NCBI GenBank assembly: GCA_964538435.1
Contig: CAZIDX010000001.1
Span: 64,393-128,392, forward strand
From: an uncultured Gammaproteobacteria bacterium
GTDB lineage: Bacteria; Patescibacteriota; Patescibacteriia; UBA9934; GWF2-40-263
Length of the DNA stretch: 64,000 nt
Direction of reading: 5' to 3'
The translations under genes and the position numbers were made by a program. Below the pieces are notes generated by a model. That model worked only from the letters and a program-made list of their open reading frames with translations. It searched no databases and was not told where the DNA came from. Within the stretch, counting starts at the first letter, position 1. The number at the start of each line of letters is the position of its first letter. Positions 1-8,949 of this stretch are shown in pieces.

Positions 1-13
1 TGGAAGCGTTGTC

Positions 14-1063
14 ATGCATACAGGTGCAGACCTTCCTAGCATCACCTTTCACAAGGTCGATGCAGCCGGGCACAAGACCCCAACCCGCATTCTGCTTGCC
101 GGCTCGCACTCCGCGCTCGTGTGGGGATGTGCAGAAGGCAGTATGCGGCCAGGGATCTGGCTCCTTCTTCCTCAACTGGCCAACAAGGTCGCAGAGCTCG
201 ACAAGCTCGCAGCGATCCATGGTGGGCCCAACGGAGGTGTGTTCTCAGGAACAAGCCGAGACAACCCAGAGCAGATCACATTCATCAACCGTCGTGGTTG
301 CTGGATGGTTCAGCCAAGCGCACAGGTCACCGCCCTTCAGGATGGAAGCCTGCTTGTGCTCGAGACGCTTGGTGACGGTACCTACGCCTATCGCGTAAGC
401 CCAGCTGGTGTGATCTCAGAGTTCACCATTGCCCCAGCAGGCAAGGAAGAACGGATCATCCAACTTCTGAGCCTCCAAGGTCGGTTCGTCCTGGCAGGGC
501 GCTCCGAGTACGGTTCATGGCTTCGTGAGTTCGGCAAGGGTGCCCAGGACGACACAGTCGATTCTGGTGTTCTCCACGGCGAGATCGAAGCCGCCTGGAA
601 TGCCCCTGGTGAGCAATCTATCGCCCTCCTGGTGCGTGTGCGAACCCCCGATGGGATGCTGCGCAGACTCCAGCTGGGAGATCAGGTTGTGTACGAAGGT
701 TCGTTCACCATGAACCACGAGGATGTCTTCTGGGCACCCTCAGGCAAGCACTTCGCTGCTGTCATTTCCGAAGGGGGTGATGGTACGCGGCATGGCAAGC
801 AACGCGTGGTGACAACCAAGCAGGTTCGCGAGATCTCTGCTGGGAAAACCGTGCGCAGTCTGCTCATCTCCGACAAGGGGGTGATCACGGCCATGATCCT
901 CTCAGACGGCCTCGCAGACCATCCGATCATCGGAATGCGGCCACATGACGCTGTCCCACATGCCTGGAATCTGCATCAAGATCCAGACGGGGCCATCGTC
1001 TACAACACGGTGATGGCATCGTATGTGATGCGATGGGAGGACAACTACGACCTCAAGCGGTAG
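14..1063 (+). CDS. hypothetical protein in a GC-rich island; the start may lie upstream of the window
   Basis: A 349 aa ORF with ATG at 14. Local GC is about 60%, against about 45% for neighbouring genes. I recognise no motif. Confidence 0.45.
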   Translation: MHTGADLPSITFHKVDAAGHKTPTRILLAGSHSALVWGCAEGSMRPGIWLLLPQLANKVAELDKLAAIHGGPNGGVFSGTSRDNPEQITFINRRGCWMVQPSAQVTALQDGSLLVLETLGDGTYAYRVSPAGVISEFTIAPAGKEERIIQLLSLQGRFVLAGRSEYGSWLREFGKGAQDDTVDSGVLHGEIEAAWNAPGEQSIALLVRVRTPDGMLRRLQLGDQVVYEGSFTMNHEDVFWAPSGKHFAAVISEGGDGTRHGKQRVVTTKQVREISAGKTVRSLLISDKGVITAMILSDGLADHPIIGMRPHDAVPHAWNLHQDPDGAIVYNTVMASYVMRWEDNYDLKR

Positions 1064-1133
1064 GGAATACGAGTACCTAACCGCTTTTCTAATACCTTGA
1101 AAAATTCGTGAAAACTGCTATTCTACAGCTGTT

Positions 1134-2495
1134 ATGCAAAAGATGTGTAAGCACATTCATCTGGTTGGAATCGGTGGAATCGGCATGTCCGCACTTGCAA
1201 AATGGTTCTTGCATGCAGACTCCTGTGTGTCAGGTTCAGATCTTGTTGATTCACAGATCATGCAAGATCTCAAGGAGCGTGGAATGACGATCACCATCGG
1301 GCACGAGGCTCAAAATGTCCCAGAGGGCACCGAGCTTCTTGTTTACTCTCCAGCTGTTCCAGAAGACAATCCTGAGCGTCTCAGAGCGCGTGAACTAGGC
1401 GCACGAGAGCGATCCTACCCAGAAATGCTTGGAGAGATCTCTGAGCACTACTCAACCATCGTTGTCACAGGCACAAATGGAAAGAGCACAACCACAGCCA
1501 TGCTGGGAAAGATTCTTGTAGATGCTGGTTATGATCCAACGGTTCTTGTGGGTTCACTTGTCCCTGATTTTAACGATGGAAATTTGCGGCTTGGCAACAG
1601 CCGATTTTTTGTTGTTGAAGGTTGTGAGTACAGAGCACACATGCTCCACCTAGATCCAGAAATGATCGTGCTAACAAACATTGAAGAAGATCATTTAGAT
1701 TTTTACCGCGATATTGATCACATCAAAGACACCTTCCAGGAATTTGTAAACAAACTCAAGGCAAAAGGATCTGTGATTCACAGTGTCTCAGATAAATACT
1801 CAATGGAACTTGAGTACCCTCGTGGAGCAAGTTACGGAAAAGAAAATGACGCCGAGTATGTTGTGGGAGAGCGTAGAATCAAAGAAGGCCTACAATCATT
1901 CATGATGTCATTTGTTCAAGACGGTCACTATATTCATGAAGTGGATCTGCCAATCCCAGGTGAGTTCAATATGATGAACGCAGCCGCAGCCATTGCCGCA
2001 GCCATGGAGCTAGGGGTGCCATTTGAGATGTGTCAACAGTCGCTCGCAAACTTCCATGGCATCTGGAGGCGTTTTGAACGCGTGGGAACATTCCAGGGTG
2101 CAGAAGTTGTCTCTGATTACGGTCATCACCCAACAGCCATCAAAGGAACAATTGAATCAGCAAGAGAGTTCTTCCCAGACAAGCGTGTCGTGCTCTGCTT
2201 TGAGCCGCACCAACACAATCGCACAAATGAACTCTTTGATCGATTTGTGGATGTGATTGGACTTGCAGATCAAACGATCGTGACCGAGATTTATGATGTT
2301 GCAGGACGAAACGAAGATCACGACGTAAGCTCAAAGGATTTGGTCAAGGCTGTAGCACAGAGTCATGTGGTGTATGTAAGCGACCACGTCCAGGCAGAGG
2401 AAAAACTCAAAGAAATTCTTACAAAAGATGACGTGTTGGTTGTGATGGGGGCAGGGGATATTGATAATCTGGCCAGAAAACTAGTAAATCTATGA
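1134..2495 (+). CDS. murC: UDP-N-acetylmuramate--L-alanine ligase
   Basis: N-terminal HLVGIGGIGMSALA and the Mur ligase P-loop VTGTNGKSTTTAML. Length 453 aa. Confidence 0.9.
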   Translation: MQKMCKHIHLVGIGGIGMSALAKWFLHADSCVSGSDLVDSQIMQDLKERGMTITIGHEAQNVPEGTELLVYSPAVPEDNPERLRARELGARERSYPEMLGEISEHYSTIVVTGTNGKSTTTAMLGKILVDAGYDPTVLVGSLVPDFNDGNLRLGNSRFFVVEGCEYRAHMLHLDPEMIVLTNIEEDHLDFYRDIDHIKDTFQEFVNKLKAKGSVIHSVSDKYSMELEYPRGASYGKENDAEYVVGERRIKEGLQSFMMSFVQDGHYIHEVDLPIPGEFNMMNAAAAIAAAMELGVPFEMCQQSLANFHGIWRRFERVGTFQGAEVVSDYGHHPTAIKGTIESAREFFPDKRVVLCFEPHQHNRTNELFDRFVDVIGLADQTIVTEIYDVAGRNEDHDVSSKDLVKAVAQSHVVYVSDHVQAEEKLKEILTKDDVLVVMGAGDIDNLARKLVNL

Positions 2496-3451
2496 CCATT
2501 AAGCAGCAACTTGAAAGCAGCGTTGGTTCTCGGTTCAAAGAAGACGAACCGCTTTCAAAGCATGTAAATTTTCGCATTGGAGGCCCAGCAAAATACTTTG
2601 TCGAAGTGCGGTCAGTTGACGAGCTAACAGCTGTGCTCGATGTAGCAAACAAAGAGATGCAGAAGTTTTTTGTCTTTGGAGGAGGATCAAACATGCTGGT
2701 AAATGATCAAGGGTTTGACGGAATCGCAATCAAAATTGGAATGCGCTCATACGAGATTCGAGGAAAAGAAGTTCGGGCAGAGTCTGGTGTGCTCTCGTCA
2801 GCTCTGGCGCGCGCAACAGCCAACCATGGGCTCAAAGGTCTCTCCTGGATGATCACACTCCCAGGAACAATCGGTGGGGCCGTGCGTGGCAATGCAGGCT
2901 GCTTTGGCGGTGAAACAAAAGATTCTATTACAAGCGTTGAGGTTCTGCGTGATGGCAAGGTCAAAACACTTGATCGCCACCAAATCGAGTTTGGCTACCG
3001 CGACTCAATGTTCAAGCACAATGAAGACATCATCCTCGCAGCATCCTTTAAGCTTAAAAACGGAGATGTGACCGAGCTTAAAGCAGAACTGGACGATCAA
3101 CTCATGCGTCGAAAAAAAGCACAACCCTTTGATGCAGGTTCAGCCGGATGCATGTTCAAAAACGCAGCTGTGACCGAAGAAGATTTGCAACGCTTATCCA
3201 AAAAACTCGATATACCATCAGAGATGAGTGCAAGCCGGCAGCTATCTGTCGGCTGGCTCATCGACCAGCTTGATCTCAAGGGCAAGGCCGTCGGTGATGC
3301 TCAAGTCTCAGGTGTGCACGGAAATTTCCTTGTGAACAGAGGTGCAGCAACAGCTGACCAGATTGTGCAGCTCATTGCACTTATCAAGACCAGAGCAAGA
3401 GATGAATATGGTATTCTATTAGAGGAGGAAGTGCAGTACATAGGCTTCTAG
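2492..3451 (+). CDS. murB: UDP-N-acetylenolpyruvoylglucosamine reductase
   Basis: FAD-binding signature FRIGGPAKYFVEV...GGGSNMLV. It overlaps the murC stop by 4 nt (ATGA). Confidence 0.88.
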   Translation: MTIKQQLESSVGSRFKEDEPLSKHVNFRIGGPAKYFVEVRSVDELTAVLDVANKEMQKFFVFGGGSNMLVNDQGFDGIAIKIGMRSYEIRGKEVRAESGVLSSALARATANHGLKGLSWMITLPGTIGGAVRGNAGCFGGETKDSITSVEVLRDGKVKTLDRHQIEFGYRDSMFKHNEDIILAASFKLKNGDVTELKAELDDQLMRRKKAQPFDAGSAGCMFKNAAVTEEDLQRLSKKLDIPSEMSASRQLSVGWLIDQLDLKGKAVGDAQVSGVHGNFLVNRGAATADQIVQLIALIKTRARDEYGILLEEEVQYIGF

Positions 3452-3486
3452 GTCTGCACTAATTATTCACTTGATTTGATACATTT

Positions 3487-3834
3487 ATGCGCATCATCCA
3501 AATGAAGGGGACAAACATGGATCTCACTGACGCTATCAAAAACCACATAGAAAGCAGAGTAGATAGCCTTAGAAAATTGTGCGCAGAGTTTGACCCAGCA
3601 GACGAGCTCAGAGTTGAAGTAGGAAAATCTACAAAAGCCCATGCAAAAGGCCCGTATTTCAGAGCAGAGTTCCAGCTCCATGTGCCAGGCAAGGACATGC
3701 GGGCTGTAGAAGAGGGAGAAGATCTCTACGTGACCATCGACCGCGTCCGCGACTCAATCAAGCGACAACTCACAGACTACAAGAATCTTCTCAAGGACAA
3801 AGCCCAACGCGGCGGACGTCCAGGAAAGGAATAA
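3487..3834 (+). CDS. hpf: ribosome hibernation promoting factor (short HPF/RaiA family)
   Basis: The N-terminus MRIIQMKGTNMDLTDAIKNHIESRV aligns with the HPF beta1-alpha1 segment (MNIQITGKNIEVTDALRDYVEEKL). Length 115 aa. Confidence 0.75.
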   Translation: MRIIQMKGTNMDLTDAIKNHIESRVDSLRKLCAEFDPADELRVEVGKSTKAHAKGPYFRAEFQLHVPGKDMRAVEEGEDLYVTIDRVRDSIKRQLTDYKNLLKDKAQRGGRPGKE

Positions 3835-3835
3835 A

Positions 3836-3867
3836 TTGAAAAAGGCAGGCAATGACCTGTCTTTTTG
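3836..3867 (+). terminator. putative rho-independent terminator after hpf
   Basis: The sequence aaggcagg-caatga-cctgtctt (one G-U wobble) is followed by a T-run. Confidence 0.4.
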
Positions 3868-3915
3868 ATTGAAAGACTTGATTTTTACTCGATTACAGGC
3901 CATAATGCGCTCCGT

Positions 3916-6678
3916 ATGAGCAAAGTGTTAAAACTCCTTTTTGGAGACCCAAATAAGAAAATGTTGGCCAATCTGCAGGTGGATGTAGACAAGATCAACG
4001 CGCTTGAAAGCAAGTTTGAAGGCTTTTCAGACGACGATCTCAAGGCCAAAACGGTTGAGTATAAGAAACGTCTCAAAGAAGGAGAGACGATTGATGACTT
4101 TGTGCACGAGGCTTTTGCTGTTGTGCGCGAAGCTGCAAAGCGGACCCTTGGACAACGTCACTATGATGTGCAGCTCATTGGTGGGCTTGCATTGCATCGA
4201 GGACAGATTGCTGAGATGAGAACAGGTGAGGGAAAAACGTTGACCTCCACCCTTGCGCTTTACACAAACGCACTGGACGGCCGTGGCTGTCATTTGATTA
4301 CAGTGAACGATTACTTGGCTCGCCGTGACACCGTATGGATGGGGCAGGTTTTTCATTTCCTCGGACTCTCAACAGCATGTATCCAGCAGCAAGGCGGATT
4401 CCTCTACGACCCAGCGTTTGAGCACGCAAACCAGACTGATGCCGAAGCTGCAGCTGCAGACTCGTTTCATATCCGCGAAGATTTCCTTCGCCCAGTCGAG
4501 CGAGACGAGGCCTACAACGCAGACATCACCTACGGAACCAACAACCAGTTTGGGTTCGACTACTTGCGCGACAACATGGCACCAACTGTGAAGGAAACCG
4601 TGATGCGCGAGCTCAACTACGCCATCATCGACGAAATCGACTCAATCCTCATCGACGAGGCGCGCACACCACTTATCATTTCTGCTCCTGCTGAAAAGTC
4701 CGGCGAGCTTTATGCTCGTTTCTCACAGATTGTACAGGGGCTTACAGAAAACGAGCACTTCAATGTTGACGAAAAAATGCGCACTTCAACGCTCACGGAC
4801 GCTGGGATCGAAAGGATCGAACAAGAGCTCGGGATTGCTAATCTCTACGCGGTTGAGCAAGGAATCTACCAGCGCTACGCTGACACAGCTCTTCGCGCGC
4901 ACGCAAACTACGAGCGTGACGTGCATTATGTTGTACAAGACGGTCAGGTCATGATCGTGGATGAGTTCACAGGTCGTCTTATGCCAGGACGGCGGTTCTC
5001 TGAAGGGATCCACCAGGCCATTGAGGCAAAAGAGGGTGTTGAGATCAAGCGAGAGAGTCAGACGCTGGCGACCATCACATTCCAAAACCTCTTCCGAATG
5101 TACAACAAACTTTCTGGTATGACAGGTACGGCCGCAACAGAAGCAGAAGAGTTTGCAAGCATTTACAATCTAGAAGTCGTTGAAATCCCAACAAACAAGC
5201 CAATCGCGCGACTAGATCGCGGCGACAAGGTTTTCAAAAACGAGCGAGGGAAGTACATGGCGCTCGTAAACGAGGTAAAGCAGCTTCAGGAAAAAGGACA
5301 GCCAGTACTTATTGGTACAGCCTCAGTTGAGAAAAACGAGATGGTGCACGTGCTGCTCACAAAAGCCGGGGTTAAGCACGAGGTGCTCAATGCGAAAAAC
5401 CACGCGCGCGAGGCAGAAATCATTGCTCAAGCTGGAGCAAAGGGTGCGATCACAGTAGCAACCAACATGGCGGGTCGCGGAGTAGACATCAAACTTGGTG
5501 GAAATCCAGGCACAAAAGAATCAGAAGAAGAAATCAAGAAACTCGGTGGACTCTTTGTGATTGGTACTGAACGTCATGACTCGCGCCGAATCGACAATCA
5601 GCTCCGTGGGCGTTCTGGTCGACAAGGAGACCCAGGTGAAACCCAGTTCTATCTCTCAATGGAAGACGGTCTCATGCGCATCTTTGGATCAGATCGTGCA
5701 AAGGGAATGATGGATAAGCTCGGGATTCCAGATGAAATGCCAATCGAAAACAAGATGATCACAGGATCAATCGAAAAGGCTCAGACTCGAGTTGAGGGGC
5801 ATCACTTTGACGCACGTAAACACCTGCTCGAGTACGACGATGTGCTCAACAAGCATCGTGAGGTTATCTACGCCCGCCGTCAGGAGATTATGGAGCGTTT
5901 TGACCAGGACCCAGAAACACTCCGGCAGCGCGTGCTCGACATCATCGAAGGAGAGATGGAGCAGGTTGTCCTCTTCCACACAAGCCCAACCGAGGCCCCT
6001 GTTCATCTTGAGGGCGAGACAAAAGAAGACGAGAAAAAGCACGACTGGAACATCGAGGAAATCATCGAGACAGCACAAACCGTCATCTTCCTCACAGACG
6101 AAAACAAAGAAGAAATCCGCAATCTCGGTCTCGAAGCCGCTGAAAACAAGCTTGACGTAGCTGTTGGTCGCACAAAGATCATTGAAAAGGTTATGGAGTT
6201 TGTAAACGAAAACTACGACAAGCTCGACAACATCTTCTCAGATCGAGCTGACGTACAAAACATCGAGCGCGGAGTCGTCCTCCGAGCAATCGACATGCTC
6301 TGGGTCGACCACCTAGCAGCCATGCGCGCACTCAGAACAGGAATCGGTCTGCAAAGCTACGGACAGCGCGACCCGCTCATTGCATACAAAAAAGAAGGAT
6401 TCAACATCTTCCAGAACCTCCTAGGATCAATCAACCACGAGATCACACACAGCTTCTTCAAGTACGCAAAGCACGCAGTTGACGTAAAAGTACAAAAAGA
6501 ACTCAACTCCTCACTCCTCACCCGAGCCGGAGTCCAAATGTCAGGCGCAAGAAAAACCTCAGACCAAAAACAGCGCCAAGCAAGCACAGGAGGAGCAGGG
6601 AAAGCCGCGCCAAAAGTAGGTCGCAACGAGCCATGCCCATGCGGATCAGGAAAGAAGTATAAGAAATGTCATGGGTGA
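3916..6678 (+). CDS. secA: preprotein translocase ATPase SecA
   Basis: The [17 protein letters not shown] start is typical of SecA, and the C-terminus has the zinc finger [15 protein letters not shown] prefer ATG at 3916 over the ORF-track TTG at 3865. It is preceded by TTGATT-17-CATAAT. Confidence 0.9.
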   Translation: MSKVLKLLFGDPNKKMLANLQVDVDKINALESKFEGFSDDDLKAKTVEYKKRLKEGETIDDFVHEAFAVVREAAKRTLGQRHYDVQLIGGLALHRGQIAEMRTGEGKTLTSTLALYTNALDGRGCHLITVNDYLARRDTVWMGQVFHFLGLSTACIQQQGGFLYDPAFEHANQTDAEAAAADSFHIREDFLRPVERDEAYNADITYGTNNQFGFDYLRDNMAPTVKETVMRELNYAIIDEIDSILIDEARTPLIISAPAEKSGELYARFSQIVQGLTENEHFNVDEKMRTSTLTDAGIERIEQELGIANLYAVEQGIYQRYADTALRAHANYERDVHYVVQDGQVMIVDEFTGRLMPGRRFSEGIHQAIEAKEGVEIKRESQTLATITFQNLFRMYNKLSGMTGTAATEAEEFASIYNLEVVEIPTNKPIARLDRGDKVFKNERGKYMALVNEVKQLQEKGQPVLIGTASVEKNEMVHVLLTKAGVKHEVLNAKNHAREAEIIAQAGAKGAITVATNMAGRGVDIKLGGNPGTKESEEEIKKLGGLFVIGTERHDSRRIDNQLRGRSGRQGDPGETQFYLSMEDGLMRIFGSDRAKGMMDKLGIPDEMPIENKMITGSIEKAQTRVEGHHFDARKHLLEYDDVLNKHREVIYARRQEIMERFDQDPETLRQRVLDIIEGEMEQVVLFHTSPTEAPVHLEGETKEDEKKHDWNIEEIIETAQTVIFLTDENKEEIRNLGLEAAENKLDVAVGRTKIIEKVMEFVNENYDKLDNIFSDRADVQNIERGVVLRAIDMLWVDHLAAMRALRTGIGLQSYGQRDPLIAYKKEGFNIFQNLLGSINHEITHSFFKYAKHAVDVKVQKELNSSLLTRAGVQMSGARKTSDQKQRQASTGGAGKAAPKVGRNEPCPCGSGKKYKKCHG

Positions 6679-6696
6679 TTATCCACAAAACTGATA

Positions 6697-6728
6697 TTGA
6701 CACCACCTAAGACACATGCTGCAATAAT
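6697..6728 (+). promoter_or_regulatory. candidate promoter for the four-helix-bundle gene
   Basis: TTGACA at 6697-6702 with a weak -10 (TGCAAT/AATAAT) about 17-20 nt downstream. This TTGACA is what the ORF track used as a TTG start. Confidence 0.25.
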
Positions 6729-6762
6729 TACACAATCCCCTAATTCGGGGATTTTGTTTTAT

Positions 6763-6791
6763 ATAGGTCCAATAGGACCCTCAAGACCTAT
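6763..6791 (+). repeat. 29 bp palindromic motif, copy 1 (ataggtccaataggaccctcaagacctat), overlapping the start codon
   Basis: The outer arms ataggtc/gacctat are exact reverse complements. A second copy at 7142-7170 matches at 23 of 29 positions. Confidence 0.6.
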
Positions 6792-7332
6792 GGAGGATAA
6801 GCTAATTACAAATCAAGGTGGATATCGCAATCTAAAGTCATTTCAGAGCGCAACGATTGTTTATGATTTTACTGTACATTTTTGCGAAAAGTATATTTCA
6901 GATTGGAGAATGAAAGATCAAATGATCCATGCAGCAAGATCAGGTCGACAGAACATCGCAGAGGGATGTCAGGTGTCAGGAACATCAAAAAAGAGTGAGA
7001 TGAAGCTGGTGAATGTTGCTCGTGGAAGTTTGGAGGAGTTGTTGTTAGATTACGAAGATTATTTAAGGCAGAGAGGGGTTGAGCAGTGGAAAAAGGATTG
7101 TGATGACGCACAGAATGTGCGCTCACTCGCATATGTGGAAAATAGGTCATATAGGACCTATTCGACCTATCTATCAGACCCGTCCAAAGCTGCAAACACA
7201 GCAATCTGCCTAATTAAACAATCAACCTATTTACTTGACCGACAGTTGGGTGCGCTCCAAAAAACATTCCTTCAAGATGGTGGATTTACTGAAAGGTTGT
7301 ATAATTATCGTAAGCAAAGTAGAGGTTTTTAG
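6790..7332 (+). CDS. four helix bundle protein (TIGR02436; 23S rRNA intervening-sequence protein family)
   Basis: Family signature EKYisdwrmkDQMIHAARSgrQNIAEGcqv...KSEMKLVNVARGSLEELLLDYED. In-frame ATG at 6790. It has its own promoter-like box and a terminator. Confidence 0.75.
   Translation: MEDKLITNQGGYRNLKSFQSATIVYDFTVHFCEKYISDWRMKDQMIHAARSGRQNIAEGCQVSGTSKKSEMKLVNVARGSLEELLLDYEDYLRQRGVEQWKKDCDDAQNVRSLAYVENRSYRTYSTYLSDPSKAANTAICLIKQSTYLLDRQLGALQKTFLQDGGFTERLYNYRKQSRGF
7142..7170 (+). repeat. 29 bp palindromic motif, copy 2 (ataggtcatataggacctattcgacctat), inside the same CDS
   Basis: Same arm structure as copy 1. It encodes NRSYRTYSTY. Confidence 0.6.
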
Positions 7333-7352
7333 ACCTTCTGTGGAAGGTTTTT
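7333..7352 (+). terminator. rho-independent terminator
   Basis: accttc-tgtg-gaaggt followed by TTTT, immediately after the TAG stop. Confidence 0.5.
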
Positions 7353-7403
7353 CATCGACAAAGATGATAAGCTTACATAATAAGAGTTAAACGAAACTAA
7401 TCT

Positions 7404-7769
7404 ATGAACCCAGAAGAAAGAGAGAGATGGGCACCAAAGTTTGAATACAAAGTCGGTGAACTCGACACTGATTCAATAAAGGCCGAAATGGAAGCCCAAG
7501 ACTTCCGCTGGGACTATGTTGAAGCTGCAGTCGATTACCTCAGCAAGCCTGACGAAATCGCAAAGAACATGGGAAACTTCATTGATCTTGACCCAAATGA
7601 AGAAGAGAGGCTCATGTCTGCAATCCATCAGAAGATTGAGTGGCACACAAAAAACTATGTTGCTGGTAACAACCAAGAAGCCATCGGTGTTTACAGTAGT
7701 CCTAGTTGGGAGGTGACTCAGTTCGTTGGAGATAAAATCCGAGAGAAACTAACGTTTACAAATTTATGA
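7404..7769 (+). CDS. hypothetical protein
   Basis: 121 aa acidic ORF with no motif I recognise. Its stop overlaps the next gene's ATG. Confidence 0.45.
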   Translation: MNPEERERWAPKFEYKVGELDTDSIKAEMEAQDFRWDYVEAAVDYLSKPDEIAKNMGNFIDLDPNEEERLMSAIHQKIEWHTKNYVAGNNQEAIGVYSSPSWEVTQFVGDKIREKLTFTNL

Positions 7770-8452
7770 GCAAAGTAATTCTTATCACCGGAGGGAGTTC
7801 AGGGCTTGGGAAGGAGACAGCTAAGCTGCTTGTTCCAGACAACAAAGTTATTATCCTCTCCCATATCGAAGAAGAAGCAAAGCCGGCAGCCGAAGAGCTC
7901 GGTTGCGACTATGTGGTTGCAAACGTGACTGATGCAGAGCAGGTTGAAAAAGCAGTGGCAGAGGTTGTGGAAAAGCACGGCTCACTCGATGTTCTCATCA
8001 ACTGCGCAGGAATCTGGGAAGAGGGTCAACTTGAAGACTGCTCACCAGAGCGACTCAAGCTTGTTGTTGACATCAACCTCAACGGAACCATGCTCATGTG
8101 CCGCGCCGCGCTCCCGCAGATGAAAAAGCAAAAAGCAGGAATGATCTTTAACATCATCTCCCAAGCTGGACTCGGAGTAAAAGGCGATCGCACCGTGTAC
8201 TACGCATCAAAGTGGGGAGTCCGAGGCTTCACTGGCTGTCTTCAAAAAGACGTGCAAGCAGATGGTGTGCGCGTGACCGCTGTGTATCCTGGTGTGATGG
8301 ACACCGGCCTTTTTGACACCTCTGGTCACTCGCGAGACCTTTCAGAGGCTCTCGATCCAACAGAGACAGCAAAGACTATGGCATTTGTTATAGGTCTGGG
8401 AGAAAACACTCACGTAGGCGAGATCGGGCTTCGATCAATCACTGAGATCTAA
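7766..8452 (+). CDS. SDR family oxidoreductase
   Basis: Rossmann fold motif ITGGSSGLGKETA and the catalytic YYASKWG (YxxxK). Confidence 0.85.
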   Translation: MSKVILITGGSSGLGKETAKLLVPDNKVIILSHIEEEAKPAAEELGCDYVVANVTDAEQVEKAVAEVVEKHGSLDVLINCAGIWEEGQLEDCSPERLKLVVDINLNGTMLMCRAALPQMKKQKAGMIFNIISQAGLGVKGDRTVYYASKWGVRGFTGCLQKDVQADGVRVTAVYPGVMDTGLFDTSGHSRDLSEALDPTETAKTMAFVIGLGENTHVGEIGLRSITEI

Positions 8453-8453
8453 C

Positions 8454-8825
8454 ATGAGTCACTATCACAAAGACGCACTCGTAATATGGGGCATACTGGC
8501 AGTATTGGGGGTGGTCGGTTTTGGTTATGTGTTCGGCTGGGAGAATCCAATCTACCCAATCCTGCTCGCTACAAACCTAGCAACCTTTCTCGTAATGGGC
8601 TTTGACAAACTCCAGTCCACTACAGGAGGTCAACGCACTCCAGAGGTCGTTTTCTACGCAATGACCCTCCTCGGCGGCTCAGCAGGTATGCTTGCGGGCA
8701 TGTATCTCTTCCGTCACAAAACCCACAAAATCTCATTCCAGTTCTTTGTCGGCCTCATGATCCTCATTCAAGTCGGACTTCTGCTCTGGCTAGGACCAGA
8801 CGATCTGCTCATACTCCTAACATAA
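8454..8825 (+). CDS. DUF1294 membrane protein
   Basis: GFDKLQS...GGSAGMLAGMYLFRHKTHK matches the DUF1294 pattern. About 3 TM segments. Confidence 0.65.
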   Translation: MSHYHKDALVIWGILAVLGVVGFGYVFGWENPIYPILLATNLATFLVMGFDKLQSTTGGQRTPEVVFYAMTLLGGSAGMLAGMYLFRHKTHKISFQFFVGLMILIQVGLLLWLGPDDLLILLT

Positions 8826-8856
8826 CGAACTCTCACACAAAAAAAGGTGATTCTTT

Positions 8857-8878
8857 TTCGTAGGTACGAACAAAAATT
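8857..8878 (+). repeat. short repeated motif ttcgtaGGtacgaacaaaaatt (second copy at 29222-29243)
   Basis: The two copies match at 19-20 of 22 positions; the centre flips GG/CC. Both lie just 3' of plus-strand stop codons. Confidence 0.5.
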
Positions 8879-8911
8879 GCACACCCTCTCGAGCTCTTTA
8901 TGAGAGCAAAA

Positions 8912-8948
8912 TAAAAAAGTGAGCACCTTTGTGGTCACTTTTTTTTTG
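8912..8948. terminator. putative bidirectional terminator between convergent genes
   Basis: An A-run, then the hairpin aagtga..tcactt, then a T9 run. Confidence 0.45.
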
Positions 8949-8949
8949 A

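Noticed and set aside
3865-3915. ORF-track start of secA (TTG at 3865), and similar TTG/GTG-extended starts for the four-helix-bundle gene (6697), the lipoprotein (28247), clpB (58922), the M23 peptidase (61220), infA (40197), L13 (43190) and corA (33817).
   Set aside because: Internal ATG codons give canonical N-termini and better spacing from promoters or upstream stops. The extensions overlap regulatory elements or upstream genes.
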